A stretch of 63,904 nucleotides of DNA, the filler included, from Licmophora abbreviata (Eukaryota): the NCBI GenBank assembly GCA_900291995.1. It is 14 parts of 14 records of this genome, joined end to end, with 100 filler letters (N's around TTAATTAATTAA, not from the genome) between each part and the next. Parts side by side here need not be neighbours in the genome. Positions count along the whole stretch, not along the records: positions 62,522 to 63,904 come from OLMU01000756.1; 13 more parts are not named here. One strand, given 5' to 3'. Positions 62,522-63,904 of this stretch are shown here, piece by piece. Position 1 is the stretch's first letter, and every line of letters starts with the position of its first letter. The notes under the pieces are model-generated. The model was not told where the DNA came from and did not search any database. It worked only from the letters and a program-made list of their open reading frames with translations. The position numbers were made by a program, and so were the translations under genes.

Positions 62522-62625
62522 TTAACTTCGTCCACCTTGGAACCAAAAATCCCGGCGGACGACACCTCGAAGGAAGCGAAACCCAGCAGTGTTGCGTACA
62601 AGACAGCTGTCTGGGAGAACTTCAT
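62522..62625 (-). CDS. N-terminus of a secreted protein paralogous to the 11347 gene; remainder lost in gap
   Basis: MKFSQTAVLYATLLGFASFEVSSAGIFGSKVDEV aligns with [34 protein letters not shown]. Confidence 0.7.
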
Positions 62626-63673
62626 TGTTTGACGAAAATCGGTGCTTCTCACAATTCGTGTTCACAAAGCGAAAGATGATGCTGTTCTCTATCGGTCAAT
62701 CACAGGGTTTCTCTTCGCAAGAAGCTGTTGTCAATGTGCTCACCGGTTGTATTGTGAGCGATTTTCGTGTCTATCGCTCCTAACAGAGTGCTCTGCGCCT
62801 TTTTGCGAAATGCAACAGTCAGATTTGAATTTCGGTCTCTTTATTCAAATTGTATAGCAACAACACGCAAACGGCTCATTCTCTTGGCGATCCGAAATCT
62901 TCGTGTCGATATACATCTTATTGCAAAAGTCGAAGCGGTCGGTCATTTATATGTATTAAGGCCCTAACACCTACATTCGGTTGGCCATGCGACTGATTTC
63001 AATCAGTCGTGGAATCCATTGACTTTAAATTTGTGTATCATTCATATATGTATGGAACTGAAAATATCAATGATGCAGTATATTCTTTCTTCTTACTCCT
63101 AATTACTTTTCATTGATACAAGCATATTTGATAATTTCACTGACGATTGACAGACGGGGTGACGGGAGAAGAGCGATTGGAGACAAGCCAAGCCGTGTAC
63201 GCGCAACAGAACAAAAGTTTAAAAGTTTATTATGTGAGATCAATCGTCCCAGAATACGAGAGCGGCCCATGTAAATATATCGTGCACCAGTACGTGGTAC
63301 GATACCTAAGCATCAACACCATTCTGCCTTACCTCGCCACTGGTGATCGTGCCTGGCTTCGTCCCCGGTCTCATGCTTGAGAAATATCTAGTAGCCGCCC
63401 CCATACTAGTTCTATGCATACAAATCCAATGCCGTAGCTGGTGCTTTGTGTACAATTATAAATCCCCCTAGAGGTTGTGATAAATCTGACGCATCGCCAA
63501 CCAAACCCACCAAACCAACTAAGAGTGCGTCTACAAGATCCATGTCCTCCATAGAGTCCGTCACGACATGCGATGGACTCTCATTCATTGAAGTACCAAA
63601 TGATATGCAGTCTAAGCACAGCATGAAGTAGTTTATAAATGCTTATTATAGTAAGTACTTCATATAAGAAAAC

Positions 63674-63904
63674 TTAGAACTGACCTATCAAGAAACCATA
63701 AACTTCCAAGTCGACTACTTGAAAGTTGTCTTGTTCGCAGAGGGGTGCATTATGAAAGGTATCACAACTTCCAGTAGATCCCCGTTGAAAGTCTTGCTCC
63801 AGACACAAGCCAAACGCCCCCTCCTCGCCGCCACCGCCAAAGGCGATCATTTTGTGCGACACGTCGCACAATTGAATATATCGGTTGGCGCCTGTCCACT
63901 TGTA
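63674..63904 (-). CDS. TLDc domain protein (OXR1-like), 3' fragment
   Basis: KWTGANRYIQLC..IAFGGGG..FGLCL..DF.RGSTG.CDTF.N.PLC...F.V.DLEVYGF. Confidence 0.9.
   Translation of the reverse strand, partial: YKWTGANRYIQLCDVSHKMIAFGGGGEEGAFGLCLEQDFQRGSTGSCDTFHNAPLCEQDNFQVVDLEVYGFLIGQF

Noticed and set aside
63412..63624. 70-aa ORF with LVGLVGLVG downstream of the TLDc gene
   Set aside because: Short, no recognisable family, and the periodicity comes from a simple ccaa/ccaaa repeat; likely 3' UTR or intergenic.

Overview
Gene-dense nuclear DNA from a diatom, probably pennate. The evidence is an LHCX antenna fragment, bipartite signal+ASAFAP-like plastid leaders, the diatom-order S-formylglutathione hydrolase/formaldehyde dehydrogenase fusion, and short GT-AG introns of about 80-130 nt. 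The window is a scaffold of 14 contigs joined by 13 identical artificial 100-bp spacers (N44-TTAATTAATTAA-N44), and several genes run across them. About 33 protein-coding genes or fragments are supported, mostly housekeeping: AQR, CWF18, RED, CBP80, RPN2, COG2, RAB1, DLD, ISCA1, eS17, VMS1, PIG-B, GGT, SAPS, IPMK. Five conserved genes each have a small frameshift at a short base run, most likely assembly error. The most interesting candidates are: a BIN4-like (topoisomerase VI accessory) gene; a large modular secreted Cys-rich/PT-repeat protein with a second paralog start 51 kb away; an orphan protein combining RFxV/I, coiled-coil and DPF motifs; a kinase-less bacterial-type STAND ATPase; a 13-bp palindrome shared by two bidirectional promoters; and an unusually long, possibly structured eS17 intron. 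All family calls come from motif recognition by eye; no searches were run.
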